Notes: generated from the sequence alone by a model not told the origin. 64,000 nt of DNA from an uncultured delta proteobacterium (GCA_963765675.1 CAVXXK010000001.1:2272001-2336000), one strand, 5' to 3'. Positions 1 through 18,338 are shown, numbered from the stretch's first letter. Made by a program: numbers and translations.

Positions 1-290
1 TGGCAGGCAAGCACCTCGCCCGAGCGATTCAGAATCGCGAAGCCGAGCAGCACGCCGGCAAGGCATGCGACCGGCGTTATCTGCGAGACGATCAGTGGAA
101 TCTTGAGCGCGAAATATTCGAGCCCGATAAGTCCGAGACCGCCGTACTTGATCAGATCGTTGACGCGGTCGAACATGTCGCCGAGCAGATAGGCCGCGGT
201 GAACGCGGCGACGCAGACCAGGAACGGGCCGAAGAATTGGCCCGCCAGAAAGCGGTCCATAACTGGCGATAGGCGCGGGCGTATCGTCAT
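1..290 (-). CDS. lptG: LPS export ABC transporter permease LptG (5' part; runs off window)
   Basis: Manual translation from ATG at 290: MTIRPRLSPVMDRFLAGQFFGPFLVCVAAF...LKIPLIVSQITPVACLAGVLLGFAILNRSGEVLA, a YjgP/YjgQ-type N-terminus; ATGA overlap with lptF stop. Confidence 0.8.
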   Translation of the reverse strand, partial: MTIRPRLSPVMDRFLAGQFFGPFLVCVAAFTAAYLLGDMFDRVNDLIKYGGLGLIGLEYFALKIPLIVSQITPVACLAGVLLGFAILNRSGEVLAC

Positions 291-1480
291 GCGGCCTGCC
301 GGTTTTTTTCGTAGCGTTCGACAAATTCCCACAGGAAGTCGCCGGGGCCGCGCCCCTGGTTGCCCTTGTCCTGCGCGGCGCGGACGAACAGCCATACCGC
401 CAGCACCAGGAAAACCACGTCAGGTATGCTCATCGCGATGTAGGCGTTGAGCGAGCCGCGCTCCGCGAGCGTCCTGCCGACGCGCATGATCGAGTAGTAA
501 AGAAAAAACAACGCCACCGCGACGCCGAAGCGCTCCGAATGGCCTCCGCGCGCGGGCTTCAGCCCGAGCGAGATCCCGAGCAGCGCGAACAGCAGGGTGG
601 CAAACGGAACCATGTATTTTGCGGCGAGCTCGGTCTCGGCTTCGTGGTCGGGCTTGCCGCGCGCGCGCGCCGCGTCGATTCGCTGAATCAGCGCGCCATA
701 CGAGAGTTCGTCCGCGTCGCGATCGAGCGAAGCGGCGCCGCCTTCCTTGGGACGAATGGTCAAATCGTAAACCCGAAAACTCGTCACGTGGCTTTGATCG
801 CTCGCCGCCTCGGAACCGAACAGCGACCCGTCGAACAGCCTGAGCGTGGTGCCGCCGGTCTTTTCGTCGGGCAGCACCAGGCCGTGAGTCGCGATAATTG
901 TGTTCTGCTGCTTGGGGTCGCGCGAGTCGGCGATCAGGACGCCATGCAGGCTGCCGTCTTCATCGGAGATCTTGTCGACGTAGATCATGATTCGCGGCAG
1001 ATCGTCGTTGAAGACTTTTTCGCGCAGGCCGGCCGCGGCCTTGGTTCGGGTCAGGTAGTAGAGTTGATCCTGCAGGCGCGAGTCCGCCCACGGTCGCACC
1101 GAGAACGCGAACCACGACGCCACCAGGTAAACAACGAAAGCGACCGCCATCACCGGCACCGCGAGCCGATAGAGGCTGATTCCGCTGGCGCGGGCCGCCG
1201 TCATCTCCTGGTCGTTCGACATCCGCCCGAAGCCGAGCAGGACGCCCAGCAGCACCGCCATCCCGAGCGTCAATTCGAGAAACGCCGGCATGATATAGGC
1301 GATAAGGCCGATCACCTCGCCGATGCTGACCCCATGATTCACCACCATCTCGGTTAGTTTGAGCATCCGTCCGGTGACGAGAGTAAAGGTGAGCAGGCCC
1401 ACGCCCATTCCGAACGGCAGGAGCACTTCGAGCGCAACGTAGCGGTCGATAATCGTTATTCTTGGAAACGCGAGCTTCAA
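287..1480 (-). CDS. lptF: LPS export ABC transporter permease LptF
   Basis: YjgP/YjgQ pattern (IIDRYVALE...GRMSNDQEMTAARASGISL; 3+3 TM). Start moved to in-frame TTG at 1480; the longer ORF overlaps rlmB antisense. Confidence 0.85.
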   Translation of the reverse strand: MKLAFPRITIIDRYVALEVLLPFGMGVGLLTFTLVTGRMLKLTEMVVNHGVSIGEVIGLIAYIMPAFLELTLGMAVLLGVLLGFGRMSNDQEMTAARASGISLYRLAVPVMAVAFVVYLVASWFAFSVRPWADSRLQDQLYYLTRTKAAAGLREKVFNDDLPRIMIYVDKISDEDGSLHGVLIADSRDPKQQNTIIATHGLVLPDEKTGGTTLRLFDGSLFGSEAASDQSHVTSFRVYDLTIRPKEGGAASLDRDADELSYGALIQRIDAARARGKPDHEAETELAAKYMVPFATLLFALLGISLGLKPARGGHSERFGVAVALFFLYYSIMRVGRTLAERGSLNAYIAMSIPDVVFLVLAVWLFVRAAQDKGNQGRGPGDFLWEFVERYEKNRQAA

Positions 1481-1606
1481 TACAGCCGCCCGATTCGCGC
1501 GGGATTCATCCGAATCATCCGAGTCTAAAGGTTGGCGCGCGCGATTGAAACCGCTGCCCCGCCTCCGACAGGCACAAGCAGCAGCGGTCTGATAACATCG
1601 GAGACG

Positions 1607-2506
1607 ATGAAGAAAACCTATCCGCACGGCAAGCGCTTCGATCGGCGCGACTCGCGCGCGACGAATGTTCCGCCGCGCGATCCCCGCGAGCGCAGCCAGA
1701 ATCCGGAGCGTCGCGATGATCGCGCGATACCTGATCGGCGCGACAGCCGCTCTGGAAGCGATCGCGATATCGTGTTCGGCGCCGAGCCGATACGCGAGCT
1801 GATCGCGGCTGCTCCCAACGCCGTTCGCGTGCTGCACGTCCGCGCCGGCGACGAGCGCCGCTTCATCACCGAAATCGAGCGAGTGCGCGCGGCAGGAGGA
1901 CGAATCGCGAGCGCCGAGGATGACGCGCTCATTCGGATGGCCGGCCGCGACGCGCGTCATCAAGGAGTAGTCGCCGAGGTCCGCGAATATTCGTACGCCG
2001 CCTTCGATGAGGTAATCGCCGCGGGCTACGACCCACTAATCATCGTCGATGGAGTAACCGACCCGCGCAACCTGGGGGCGCTGATGCGCTCGGCCGAAGG
2101 CGCCGGCGTTCCGGCGGTGATCCTCGCGCGCGACCGAACGGTAGGAGTAACGCCGGCGGCGATCAAATCTTCGGCGGGAGCGTGGGTGCATTTGAAGATC
2201 GCGCGATGCGGCAATGTCGCGCGCGCGCTCGAGCAGATGAAAGAGGCGGGCTACTGGGTAGTCGCGCTCGCGCCGGGCGCAACGACGTCGATCTACGATC
2301 TCGACACCGCGCGCAAGCTCGCGATCGTGGTCGGCTCCGAAGGCGCGGGGGTGCGCGAAATCGTGAAGAAGACGGCGGACTACGTGGCGGCAATCCCGAT
2401 GCGCGGACGGGTCGATTCGCTCAATGTCTCGGTAGCGGCGGCGGTTGCGCTGTTCGAGATCGCGCGGCGGCGGATTGCCACGGCGGAAAGTTTACGTGCT
2501 CGCTGA
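1607..2506 (+). CDS. rlmB: 23S rRNA (guanosine-2251-2'-O)-methyltransferase RlmB (TrmH/SpoU family)
   Basis: Motifs [45 protein letters not shown]; ATG 1607 with GGAG upstream. Confidence 0.9.
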   Translation: MKKTYPHGKRFDRRDSRATNVPPRDPRERSQNPERRDDRAIPDRRDSRSGSDRDIVFGAEPIRELIAAAPNAVRVLHVRAGDERRFITEIERVRAAGGRIASAEDDALIRMAGRDARHQGVVAEVREYSYAAFDEVIAAGYDPLIIVDGVTDPRNLGALMRSAEGAGVPAVILARDRTVGVTPAAIKSSAGAWVHLKIARCGNVARALEQMKEAGYWVVALAPGATTSIYDLDTARKLAIVVGSEGAGVREIVKKTADYVAAIPMRGRVDSLNVSVAAAVALFEIARRRIATAESLRAR

Positions 2507-5224
2507 GGCAGCCTCGACCGCGTCTGCGATCGCGCCCAGCAAAGTTGCGCGCTTCACCGGCTTGCTGACATGCAGATCGCATCCGGCTTCGAGCGAGCGA
2601 TGAATTGATTCATCGAGCGCCGAGGCGCTGAGCGCGATAATCGGCGTGTGCGCGCGCCCAGTTTGAGCCTCGTAGCGCCGGATCATCCGCGTCGCGCCAT
2701 AGCCGTCGAGCACCGGCATCTGGATGTCCATCAGGATCAGGTCGGGTTGTCCGGTGACAAATTTGTCGTAGGCGACTTTGCCGTTCTCGGCCATATCGAG
2801 ATGGTAGGGAGTCTTCTTCAGGTACGCCTCGACCAGCATCCGATTATCCGCCGAATCGTCGGCGAGCAGGATTCGCAGAGGTCGATCGAGGATGCGCGCA
2901 AGTAGTGGCGCGACCGGCACCGGCGCTTCGGAACTGGCCGCGGAGATCGGTTCCAGATGCGCGGTGAAATGGAATCTGCTGCCAGTACCCGGTGTGCTTT
3001 CGACCCACACCTTTCCGCCCATCAACGTCGCCAGCCGATCGACGATGGCAAGTCCCAGGCCGCTGCCGCCGTATTTGCGCGTGGTCGAGGAATCAGCCTG
3101 CGTAAATGGAGAGAAAACGTTCGCCAGCTCGCGCGGGGTCAGGCCGATACCAGTATCGGCCACCGTAAATTCGAGCATCGCGGGACGACTTTCGCCCGAG
3201 CCGGCGGCGGGCGCGACGCTGATCGTGATCGTGCCGGTTTCGGTGAACTTGATCGCGTTGCCGACCAGGTTGATCAGGATTTGCCGCAAGCGCAGCGCGT
3301 CGCCTTCGACGATCGGAGAAACCGCGGGATCCATCCGGGTCACGAGTTGAAGCTGCTTTTCGCCAGCGCGCACCGAGAACATCTCGCCCACACCCGCGAG
3401 CAGATCGGCCAGATCGAACTTCGCGTGCTCGAGGCTCATCCGTCCGCTTTCAACCTTGGCGAAGTCGAGCACTCCGTTGATCAACTCGAGCAACGCGTTG
3501 CCGCTCGAGATCACGGTGGCCAGATAGCGGCGCTGGTCCGCGCTGAGCTCGGAATCCCACAGCAAATCCGCCATCCCGAGGATCGCGTTCATCGGGGTAC
3601 GGATCTCGTGCGACATGCTCGAGACAAATTCGGACTTCGCGCGAGAGGCGGCTAGGGCGGCATCGCGCGCGGCGGCAAGCTCGGATTCGATCCGCTTGCG
3701 TTCGGTAAAATTGCGTCCGGTGGTGACCAACAGCGGTTCGCCGTCGGCGCCGGTGATCACGCGTCCGGCGAAATCAAACGGAATCCAGTCGCCGGAGATT
3801 CCAAGCAGCCGTACCTGGGTGTTGACGGTCTGGCCCGGGTTCTCGAAGCACCACGTCAGGACCCGCTTTTGCTCGTCGACATCTTCGGGATGCTCGAGCT
3901 CGTAGGCGGGACGGCCGAGAACATCCACGGCGTGGCGGCCGATATCGTGCAGCCCCTCCCCGCCGACGAAAACCAGGACTCCGGCGCGGTCGACCGCGAC
4001 GATCAGATCGGAAGAGGCATCGATAACGGTGCGAAGAAATTCGTCGCGGCGGCTGAGCTCTTCCCGCGCGCGCTTGCGCTCCGCGATATTGCGCATCGTC
4101 GCGACCAGGATCGGATTTCCATCGGGACCGGCCGAGACGCGCGCCATGAATTCGACCGGAATCCAACTGCCGTCGGGCGCGACGATGCGAGCCTCGGAAC
4201 GAATCGCGCGGCCGGGATTCTCAAACGCCGTCCTGATATTCGCGGCCTGCTCGCCGGTGTTCTCGCGATGCACAAATTCGAGGGCGCTGCGCCCGACTAT
4301 CTGAGCATGCGAATATCCCAGGGAGCGCGGCCCGTCTCCACCCGCGAACAGGATTGTGCCCGCCGCATCCATCGCGAGCACGGTGTCGGCGGAGATCTCG
4401 ATAAGCGAACGATAGTACTGTTCTTTGCGCCGAAGCTCCTGCTCGGCCAGCATCCGTTCGGTGATATCGGTCGCTACCGACATCGCGCCGACGATCCGCT
4501 GATGCGCACTGCGCACCGGCGAATACCAAACCTCGAAAATATGCCCATTGAGGTTCTCGATCGCGGTCTGCGCCTTGCCCGCCAGGGCCTCGCGCGCGTG
4601 AATCGCGGTCGGGCTTTCAGGCAAGACGATGTCGTAAATCGAGCGACCCACCATCTCGTCCTGTGCCAGTCCCAACGCGCCAAGTCCGGCACCTTTCGAC
4701 ACGGTTACTATCGACTTGGTGTTCATCACCGTCATCGTGACCGGCGCGTTAGTCAGGACATCCTGTAACCGGCCATCGGCGTACCGGAGTTGAGCTTGCG
4801 TGCGTTTAAGGTCGCTGATATCGCGGCTGATGCCAAGCGAGCATTGCTCGCCGTCAACTTCGATAAACACGGCGGAAATCAAAACGTCGAGAAGGCGACC
4901 ACCGCTAACGGCGACAGAGGTTTCGTGATTGCGCACTACGCCGTCGCGCAGCAGCTGTTCGCTGAAGGCGCGGCTCTCCGGCGAATCGCGCCAGAAGCCG
5001 AGCTCCTCCGGAGTATGGCCGATCACCTGCTCGCGCGGATATCCGCTCATCCGGACGAATTCGTCGTTTACCTCGAGGTAGCGGCCGGTCTCGATTCGCG
5101 TAATCGACATCGCGTCGGTGCTGTACTGGAAGATGCGCCGGAACTTGTCGTCGCCGGCCGCGATCGGCGTCGAAGATGTAGCGACGCCATTGAGGCGGCG
5201 AGGAATTGCCGGATCATTCTTCAT
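2492..5224 (-). CDS. Cytoplasmic hybrid sensor histidine kinase (4 PAS/PAC, HisKA, HATPase_c, receiver)
   Basis: H-box [10 protein letters not shown]-box [13 protein letters not shown]-boxes DTGIG and GGSGLGL, receiver LILMDIQMP; four PAS-like repeats; no TM segment. Confidence 0.92.
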   Translation of the reverse strand: MKNDPAIPRRLNGVATSSTPIAAGDDKFRRIFQYSTDAMSITRIETGRYLEVNDEFVRMSGYPREQVIGHTPEELGFWRDSPESRAFSEQLLRDGVVRNHETSVAVSGGRLLDVLISAVFIEVDGEQCSLGISRDISDLKRTQAQLRYADGRLQDVLTNAPVTMTVMNTKSIVTVSKGAGLGALGLAQDEMVGRSIYDIVLPESPTAIHAREALAGKAQTAIENLNGHIFEVWYSPVRSAHQRIVGAMSVATDITERMLAEQELRRKEQYYRSLIEISADTVLAMDAAGTILFAGGDGPRSLGYSHAQIVGRSALEFVHRENTGEQAANIRTAFENPGRAIRSEARIVAPDGSWIPVEFMARVSAGPDGNPILVATMRNIAERKRAREELSRRDEFLRTVIDASSDLIVAVDRAGVLVFVGGEGLHDIGRHAVDVLGRPAYELEHPEDVDEQKRVLTWCFENPGQTVNTQVRLLGISGDWIPFDFAGRVITGADGEPLLVTTGRNFTERKRIESELAAARDAALAASRAKSEFVSSMSHEIRTPMNAILGMADLLWDSELSADQRRYLATVISSGNALLELINGVLDFAKVESGRMSLEHAKFDLADLLAGVGEMFSVRAGEKQLQLVTRMDPAVSPIVEGDALRLRQILINLVGNAIKFTETGTITISVAPAAGSGESRPAMLEFTVADTGIGLTPRELANVFSPFTQADSSTTRKYGGSGLGLAIVDRLATLMGGKVWVESTPGTGSRFHFTAHLEPISAASSEAPVPVAPLLARILDRPLRILLADDSADNRMLVEAYLKKTPYHLDMAENGKVAYDKFVTGQPDLILMDIQMPVLDGYGATRMIRRYEAQTGRAHTPIIALSASALDESIHRSLEAGCDLHVSKPVKRATLLGAIADAVEAASAST

Positions 5225-5294
5225 AAGTGAAGCCGACCGCGGTGGGATGCGAAGCGATCAGCGTCGCGGCGCATCGGAGGCTCCAAGCAAGGGG

Positions 5295-5310
5295 AGCAAT
5301 CGCGATGCCA
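5295..5310 (-). promoter_or_regulatory. sigma54 (-24/-12) promoter for the hybrid kinase
   Basis: Minus strand reads TGGCATCGCGATTGCT (GG-N10-GC, close to TGGCACG-N4-TTGCW), about 70 bp upstream of the ATG. Confidence 0.65.
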
Positions 5311-5572
5311 TCGGCGGCGCGTGTTTTGCGGAACCTTGGAGGCCTCAAGGCGGGCGTGACACCGGATTGCGCGGCGTAAAGCTCGGACCCGGCGGTCTGA
5401 CCTTGAATGGGGGTGGTCGGGATGCTTCCAGATGAGACGAGAGTGTCCCATGTTCGAACCGACTGCCCGTCCTTGGAAGATAGGAGCCCGTGCCGATCAG
5501 AGGTTCCTGGCGCCGAGGGGAGGGTAAGAGAGCAAGAAGTGCGCCCTTATCCTCGCTCAGACTGGCCTGAGC

Positions 5573-5601
5573 TTGACTCTTCTAAAGGGGCCTAATAAGT
5601 T
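5573..5601 (+). promoter_or_regulatory. sigma70 promoter for the tRNA cluster
   Basis: TTGACT-N17-TAAGTT, 20 bp upstream of tRNA-Thr. Confidence 0.65.
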
Positions 5602-5621
5602 TCCCTCCTTAACGTCGATTT

Positions 5622-5693
5622 GCCGATGTAGCTCAACGGTAGAGCAACTGATTTGTAATCAGTAGGTTGCGAGTTCGATTCTCGCCATCGGCT
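5622..5693 (+). tRNA. tRNA-Thr(TGT)
   Basis: Acceptor GCCGATG/CATCGGC, anticodon arm ACTGA-TTTGTAA-TCAGT, T-loop GTTCGATT; CCA not encoded. Confidence 0.95.
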
Positions 5694-5716
5694 TGGCACG
5701 GAAGGAAAGGCCTAGC

Positions 5717-5802
<86 letters not shown>

Positions 5803-5823
5803 GATATACTCGGAACCAGGAGA

Positions 5824-5899
5824 GCGGGAATAGCTCAGTTGGTAGAGCGCGAGCCTTCCAAGCTCGGGGTCGCGGGTTCGAGTCCCGTTTCCCGCTCCA
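5824..5899 (+). tRNA. tRNA-Gly(TCC)
   Basis: Acceptor GCGGGAA/TTCCCGC, anticodon loop CTTCCAA, encoded CCA. Confidence 0.96.
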
Positions 5900-5958
5900 C
5901 TCCAAGCTCGCGCCGGAAGTTTCGCGCGGGAGGCGCCTGGATGAGATTGCAGAACCGG

Positions 5959-6034
<76 letters not shown>

Positions 6035-6081
6035 AAATACAAATTGTGCTAATTTAGCGGATCGCGCGTGAGGATCTTAAG

Positions 6082-6246
6082 ATGGCGGCAGTAAGAGAAC
6101 TAATCGGCCTCGCATGTGACGGATGCAAGCGGCGCAACTATACGACCACCAAGAACCGCAAAACACACACTGACAAGTTTTCGATCAAAAAGTTTTGTCC
6201 GAGCTGCCGGACCCATACGCTGCACCGCGAGCACAAGGTCAGCTAG
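6082..6246 (+). CDS. rpmG: 50S ribosomal protein L33 (zinc-binding form)
   Basis: Not in ORF track; manual translation MAAVRELIGLACDGCKRRNYTTTKNRKTHTDKFSIKKFCPSCRTHTLHREHKVS; GAGGA RBS. Confidence 0.95.
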   Translation: MAAVRELIGLACDGCKRRNYTTTKNRKTHTDKFSIKKFCPSCRTHTLHREHKVS

Positions 6247-6274
6247 CCCGGGCAAGCGCGGACGCGTGAATAGC

Positions 6275-6351
6275 GGGTCAGTAGCTCTAATTGGCAGAGC
6301 ATCGGACTCCAAATCCGAGGGTTGCAGGTTCGACCCCTGCCTGGCCCGCCA
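6275..6351 (+). tRNA. tRNA-Trp(CCA)
   Basis: Acceptor GGGTCAG/CTGGCCC, anticodon arm TCGGA-CTCCAAA-TCCGA, encoded CCA; usual rpmG-trpT-secE position. Confidence 0.95.
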
Positions 6352-6393
6352 AATTATCCGCGGCCGCCGCGGCTCTTGTACGGTGATGTAAAA

Positions 6394-6597
6394 ATGGATA
6401 GCCTAAAAAGTTACCTCAACCAGGGCGTTAGCTTCGTCCAGGAATCCTGGAACGAACTTGCGAAGGTCCATTACCCGTCGCCCAAAGAAACCATGCAGGC
6501 GACGATTGTGGTTATCGCGTTGACCTTCGTGATGGCGATATGGCTGGGGCTGGTCGATGCGGGCGCAACCCGTATCGTGCGGGCGCTTCTGAAATGA
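6394..6597 (+). CDS. secE: Preprotein translocase subunit SecE
   Basis: ELAKVHYPSPKET motif plus one TM; ATG 6394; lies before nusG. Confidence 0.92.
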   Translation: MDSLKSYLNQGVSFVQESWNELAKVHYPSPKETMQATIVVIALTFVMAIWLGLVDAGATRIVRALLK

Positions 6598-6686
6598 GGA
6601 CGCTTGGAAATTAGCAGACGCCGGCGGATTATCCGGCCGGCGCGCGACCTCAACCGACTTAAGGCACGCCACTTCGTAAGGCACCG

Positions 6687-7265
6687 ATGACTGAACCTCA
6701 GACCGACAGCGCCAAAGCAACTAGCCCCGACTCCAGGATGAAGTGGTACGTCGTACACACCTATTCGGGCTACGAGCAGAAAGCCAAAAAGGCGCTCGAG
6801 GAACGCGTGCGCTCGATGCACATGGAAGACAGGATCGGCGAGGTTCTGGTGCCGGTCGAGCGGGTGCAAGAGCTGGGCAAGGGCGGCCAGCGCAAGATCG
6901 CCTCGCGCAAGTTCTTTCCGGGCTACATCTTTGTGAACATGGTGCTCGACGACGAAACCTGGCACGTGATCAAGAACACGCCCAAGATCACGGGCTTTGT
7001 CGGACATAACACCGAGCCACCGGAAGTACCCGAGTCCGAAGCCCGCGGAATCAAGGAACAGATGGAGGAAGGGGCGCTCAGGCCCAAACCCAAGGTTCTG
7101 TTCGAAGTCGGCGAGGCGATCAAAGTAGTTGACGGACCGTTTCAGGACTTCAATGGCACCGTCGAGGAAGTGAAGCCCGAAAAAGGCAAGGTCCGGGTCC
7201 TGATCTCGATCTTCGGACGCGCGACTCCGGTGGAACTCGACTTTGTGCAGGTAGAGAAATCCTGA
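6687..7265 (+). CDS. nusG: Transcription termination/antitermination factor NusG
   Basis: KWYVVHTYSGYE, FFPGYIFV, KOW domain IFGRATPVELDF; alternative start at ATG 6738. Confidence 0.97.
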   Translation: MTEPQTDSAKATSPDSRMKWYVVHTYSGYEQKAKKALEERVRSMHMEDRIGEVLVPVERVQELGKGGQRKIASRKFFPGYIFVNMVLDDETWHVIKNTPKITGFVGHNTEPPEVPESEARGIKEQMEEGALRPKPKVLFEVGEAIKVVDGPFQDFNGTVEEVKPEKGKVRVLISIFGRATPVELDFVQVEKS

Positions 7266-7352
7266 AGCATCATCAGCCTGACGATCGGCCGCGCGCGTGG
7301 ATTACGCACGCATCAGTCGAGGGCCGGTTGATTTCGATCCAGTGAGAGCCAA

Positions 7353-7778
7353 GTGGCAAAGAAAGTAGTCGGACAAGTAAAGCTGCAAATTCCCGCGGGC
7401 GCGGCTAATCCCTCGCCCCCGGTCGGACCCGCACTCGGACAGCGCGGCGTCAATATCATGGAGTTCTGCAAGGCGTTCAACGCGCAGACCCAGGCGATGG
7501 CCGGACTGGTGATTCCCGTGATCATCACGGTCTACGCCGATCGCTCGTTCACCTTCGTAACCAAGAGTCCGCCCGCCTCGATTCTTCTGCTCAAGGCGGC
7601 AGGAGTCGAGAAAGGCTCGCCGATGCCGAACAAGAACAAGGTCGGCAAAGTCACCCGCGCGCAGGTCGAAGAGATCGCCAAGACCAAGCTCAAGGATCTG
7701 ACGGCGGCTGACCTCGCGGCGGCGGTAAATACCGTATCCGGAACCGCGCGCTCGATGGGAATCGACGTGACCGACTGA
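7353..7778 (+). CDS. rplK: 50S ribosomal protein L11
   Basis: [29 protein letters not shown]; GTG start. Confidence 0.98.
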   Translation: MAKKVVGQVKLQIPAGAANPSPPVGPALGQRGVNIMEFCKAFNAQTQAMAGLVIPVIITVYADRSFTFVTKSPPASILLLKAAGVEKGSPMPNKNKVGKVTRAQVEEIAKTKLKDLTAADLAAAVNTVSGTARSMGIDVTD

Positions 7779-7820
7779 CGAGTCCGTCAACTTACGGCGG
7801 ACCACAAGGGATTATTCGCG

Positions 7821-8531
7821 ATGGCAGGAAAGAAATATCAGGCGGCGGCCAAGGAAATCGATCCGGAACGGCGCTATCCGCTCGAAGAGGCGATCAAGAT
7901 GGTCTCCGGACACAAAATCGCCAAGTTCGACGAGACGGTCGAAATTGCGGTGCGCCTCGGCGTCGATCCGCGCCAGGCGGATCAGAATGTCCGCGGCACG
8001 GTCGTACTTCCGCACGGCACCGGCAAAGTCGCGCGCGTTCTGGTGATCGCCAAGGGCGAGAAAGAGCGCGAGGCGCGCGAAGCGGGCGCTGACTTCGTCG
8101 GCAGCGACGAGATTATCAAGAAGATCCAGGAAGAGAACTGGCTCGATTTCGACCGAGTGATCGCAACTCCCGACATGATGGCGCAAGTCGGGCGGATCGG
8201 GAAAATCCTCGGTCCTCGCGGTCTGATGCCCAATCCTAAAGTCGGCACCGTCACCTTCGACGTGAGCAAGGCGGTTTCCGAGGTCAAGGCGGGCAAGGTC
8301 GATTACCGGGTCGACAAGGCCGGTGTCGTCCACGCGCGTATCGGCAAGCTGAGCTTCGGCGAGAAGAAGCTGCTCGACAACGCGCACGCCCTGATGTCTG
8401 CGATCGTGCGCTCCAAGCCGTCGAGCGCCAAGGGTAACTACGTCCGAAGCGTCGCGCTGTCATCGACGATGGGACCCGGGGTGCGGGTCGATATCGCGTC
8501 GGCGCAAAAGACCGAGGCGGCAGCAGCTTAA
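7821..8531 (+). CDS. rplA: 50S ribosomal protein L1
   Basis: [28 protein letters not shown]. Confidence 0.98.
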   Translation: MAGKKYQAAAKEIDPERRYPLEEAIKMVSGHKIAKFDETVEIAVRLGVDPRQADQNVRGTVVLPHGTGKVARVLVIAKGEKEREAREAGADFVGSDEIIKKIQEENWLDFDRVIATPDMMAQVGRIGKILGPRGLMPNPKVGTVTFDVSKAVSEVKAGKVDYRVDKAGVVHARIGKLSFGEKKLLDNAHALMSAIVRSKPSSAKGNYVRSVALSSTMGPGVRVDIASAQKTEAAAA

Positions 8532-8567
8532 GCTCGCGGCTTATTTATCAGGAACCTGAATCAGGCG

Positions 8568-9161
8568 ATGAGAAAAGAACAAAAGACCTCGGTAGTCAAA
8601 GACCTGCGCGATCGTTTCGGAAGCGCCAGTATCGCGCTGGTCTCTGAATATAAAGGAATGAACGCGGGCGAGACCGCAGAGATGCGCCGCAAGATCCGCG
8701 CGGTCCGCGGCGAGATGAAGGTCGCGAAGAACTCTCTGGTGCGCCGCGCGATCGAAGGGACCTCGTACGCGCCGCTGGGCGAAAAGCTCGGCGGGCCGGT
8801 CGGCCTTATCCTGACCGAGAGCGATCCGGTCGAGCTGGTCAAGACGATCGTCGGTTTCAAGGACCTGGGCGACAAGTTCAAGCTGCGCGGCGCCGTGATG
8901 GCCGGGCAGACGCTCACGGCTGAAGAGATCAACACGCTCGCGACGCTGCCGCCCAAGGAAGTCGTGATGGCGCAGCTACTGGGACTGCTCAATGCGCCCG
9001 CGACGCAACTGGTTAGATTGATCAATGAGCCGGGCTCGATGCTTGCCCGCGCGATCGACGCTATCGGAAAAAAGAACGGCGACGCGGCGCCTGCGGCCGC
9101 TCCGACAGCGCCGGCGGCAGCGGATACAACACCCGCGGCGCCTGCGGCGGCACAGGAATAA
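8568..9161 (+). CDS. rplJ: 50S ribosomal protein L10
   Basis: VAKNSLVRRA, LATLPPKE; synteny; Ala/Pro tail. Confidence 0.96.
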   Translation: MRKEQKTSVVKDLRDRFGSASIALVSEYKGMNAGETAEMRRKIRAVRGEMKVAKNSLVRRAIEGTSYAPLGEKLGGPVGLILTESDPVELVKTIVGFKDLGDKFKLRGAVMAGQTLTAEEINTLATLPPKEVVMAQLLGLLNAPATQLVRLINEPGSMLARAIDAIGKKNGDAAPAAAPTAPAAADTTPAAPAAAQE

Positions 9162-9280
9162 AGGCTCGGGATTTATTAGCCGGCATATGACCGGCGGAAG
9201 AATTCAGTTAGGAAATCAGGCTTTCGGGGCGCTCCCACATCCGTCCCCGCGCGCCACTTACTTAAGGAGAGAACGGAACA

Positions 9281-9670
9281 ATGTCAGAAGCACAACTCAG
9301 CCGCGATCAGGTGAAGGACTACCTGAAGAATCTTTCGCTGATCGAAGCGGCTGCTCTGGTGAAGGAACTCGAGACCGAACTCGGCGTATCCGCGGCCGCT
9401 CCGATGGCGGTGGCTGCGGCGCCGGCGGCTGCGGGCGCAGCGGCTCCAGCGGCAGAGAAGGACGAGTTCACGGTCGTGCTCACGGGATCGGGCGACAAGA
9501 AGATCCAGGTGATCAAGGTCGTGCGCGAAATCACGGGACTCGGCCTCAAGGAGGCCAAGGATCTGGTCGATGGCGCGCCCAAGCCGGTCAAGGAAGGCGT
9601 CACCAAGGCCGAAGCCGAAGATCTGAAAAAGAAGATTACCGAAGCTGGCGGTTCGGTGGAGCTCAAGTAG
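9281..9670 (+). CDS. rplL: 50S ribosomal protein L7/L12
   Basis: [24 protein letters not shown]; TAAGGAG RBS. Confidence 0.98.
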   Translation: MSEAQLSRDQVKDYLKNLSLIEAAALVKELETELGVSAAAPMAVAAAPAAAGAAAPAAEKDEFTVVLTGSGDKKIQVIKVVREITGLGLKEAKDLVDGAPKPVKEGVTKAEAEDLKKKITEAGGSVELK

Positions 9671-9776
9671 GAGAGCCCTAGTTTTTGCACGACGACTACC
9701 GGATGGGAAATTCGCCGCTTGGGCGCGCTATTGGCGCGGCCTGGGCCTCGCGTGTTCTCCCGGTCAATTCGACGCT

Positions 9777-9815
9777 GCCGTGGACGCGGGGAATACCCGT
9801 GCGTTCACGGCTTTT
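9777..9815 (+). terminator. rplL-rpoB intergenic terminator/attenuator hairpin
   Basis: GCCGTGGACGC-GGG-GAATA-CCC-GT-GCGTTCACGGC followed by TTTT; same position as the E. coli rplL-rpoB attenuator. Confidence 0.6.
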
Positions 9816-9866
9816 AGCGCTGCACCGCGCGCGCGAATTTTCAGCGCACGCAAGGCGGGGTAGGTA

Positions 9867-13988
<4,122 letters not shown>

Positions 13989-14013
13989 CTGGCGCGATAA
14001 GGAGTAACGAAGG

Positions 14014-18263
<4,250 letters not shown>

Positions 18264-18267
<4 letters not shown>

Positions 18268-18294
18268 CACGCACGCGGACTGCGCGTACATACT
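18264..18294 (+). promoter_or_regulatory. Candidate sigma70 promoter for the str operon
   Basis: TTGACA overlapping the rpoC stop; TACATA at N17 or CATACT at N19. Confidence 0.45.
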
Positions 18295-18301
18295 TGTAGT
18301 T

Positions 18302-18338
18302 CCCCCAAGGGCTTGTCCCGCCCTTGGGGGGTTTGTTT
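18302..18338 (+). terminator. Strong hairpin after rpoC (terminator or 5' leader hairpin)
   Basis: CCCCCAAGGGC-N7-GCCCTTGGGGG followed by GTTTGTTT. Confidence 0.6.

Noticed and set aside
1481-1963. N-terminal 161 codons of the 558-aa lptF ORF
   Set aside because: Antisense to rlmB and not LptF-like; the real start is near TTG 1480.
5334-5476. CCTTG recurring at about 67-70 bp spacing (5334, 5401, 5471), CRISPR-like periodicity
   Set aside because: Only 5-6 identical bases, flanks do not align, and there are no cas genes.
5857-5910. 10-bp duplicate TCCAAGCTCG of the tRNA-Gly anticodon arm just downstream, a possible att scar
   Set aside because: Too short, no integrase, and not the tRNA 3' end.
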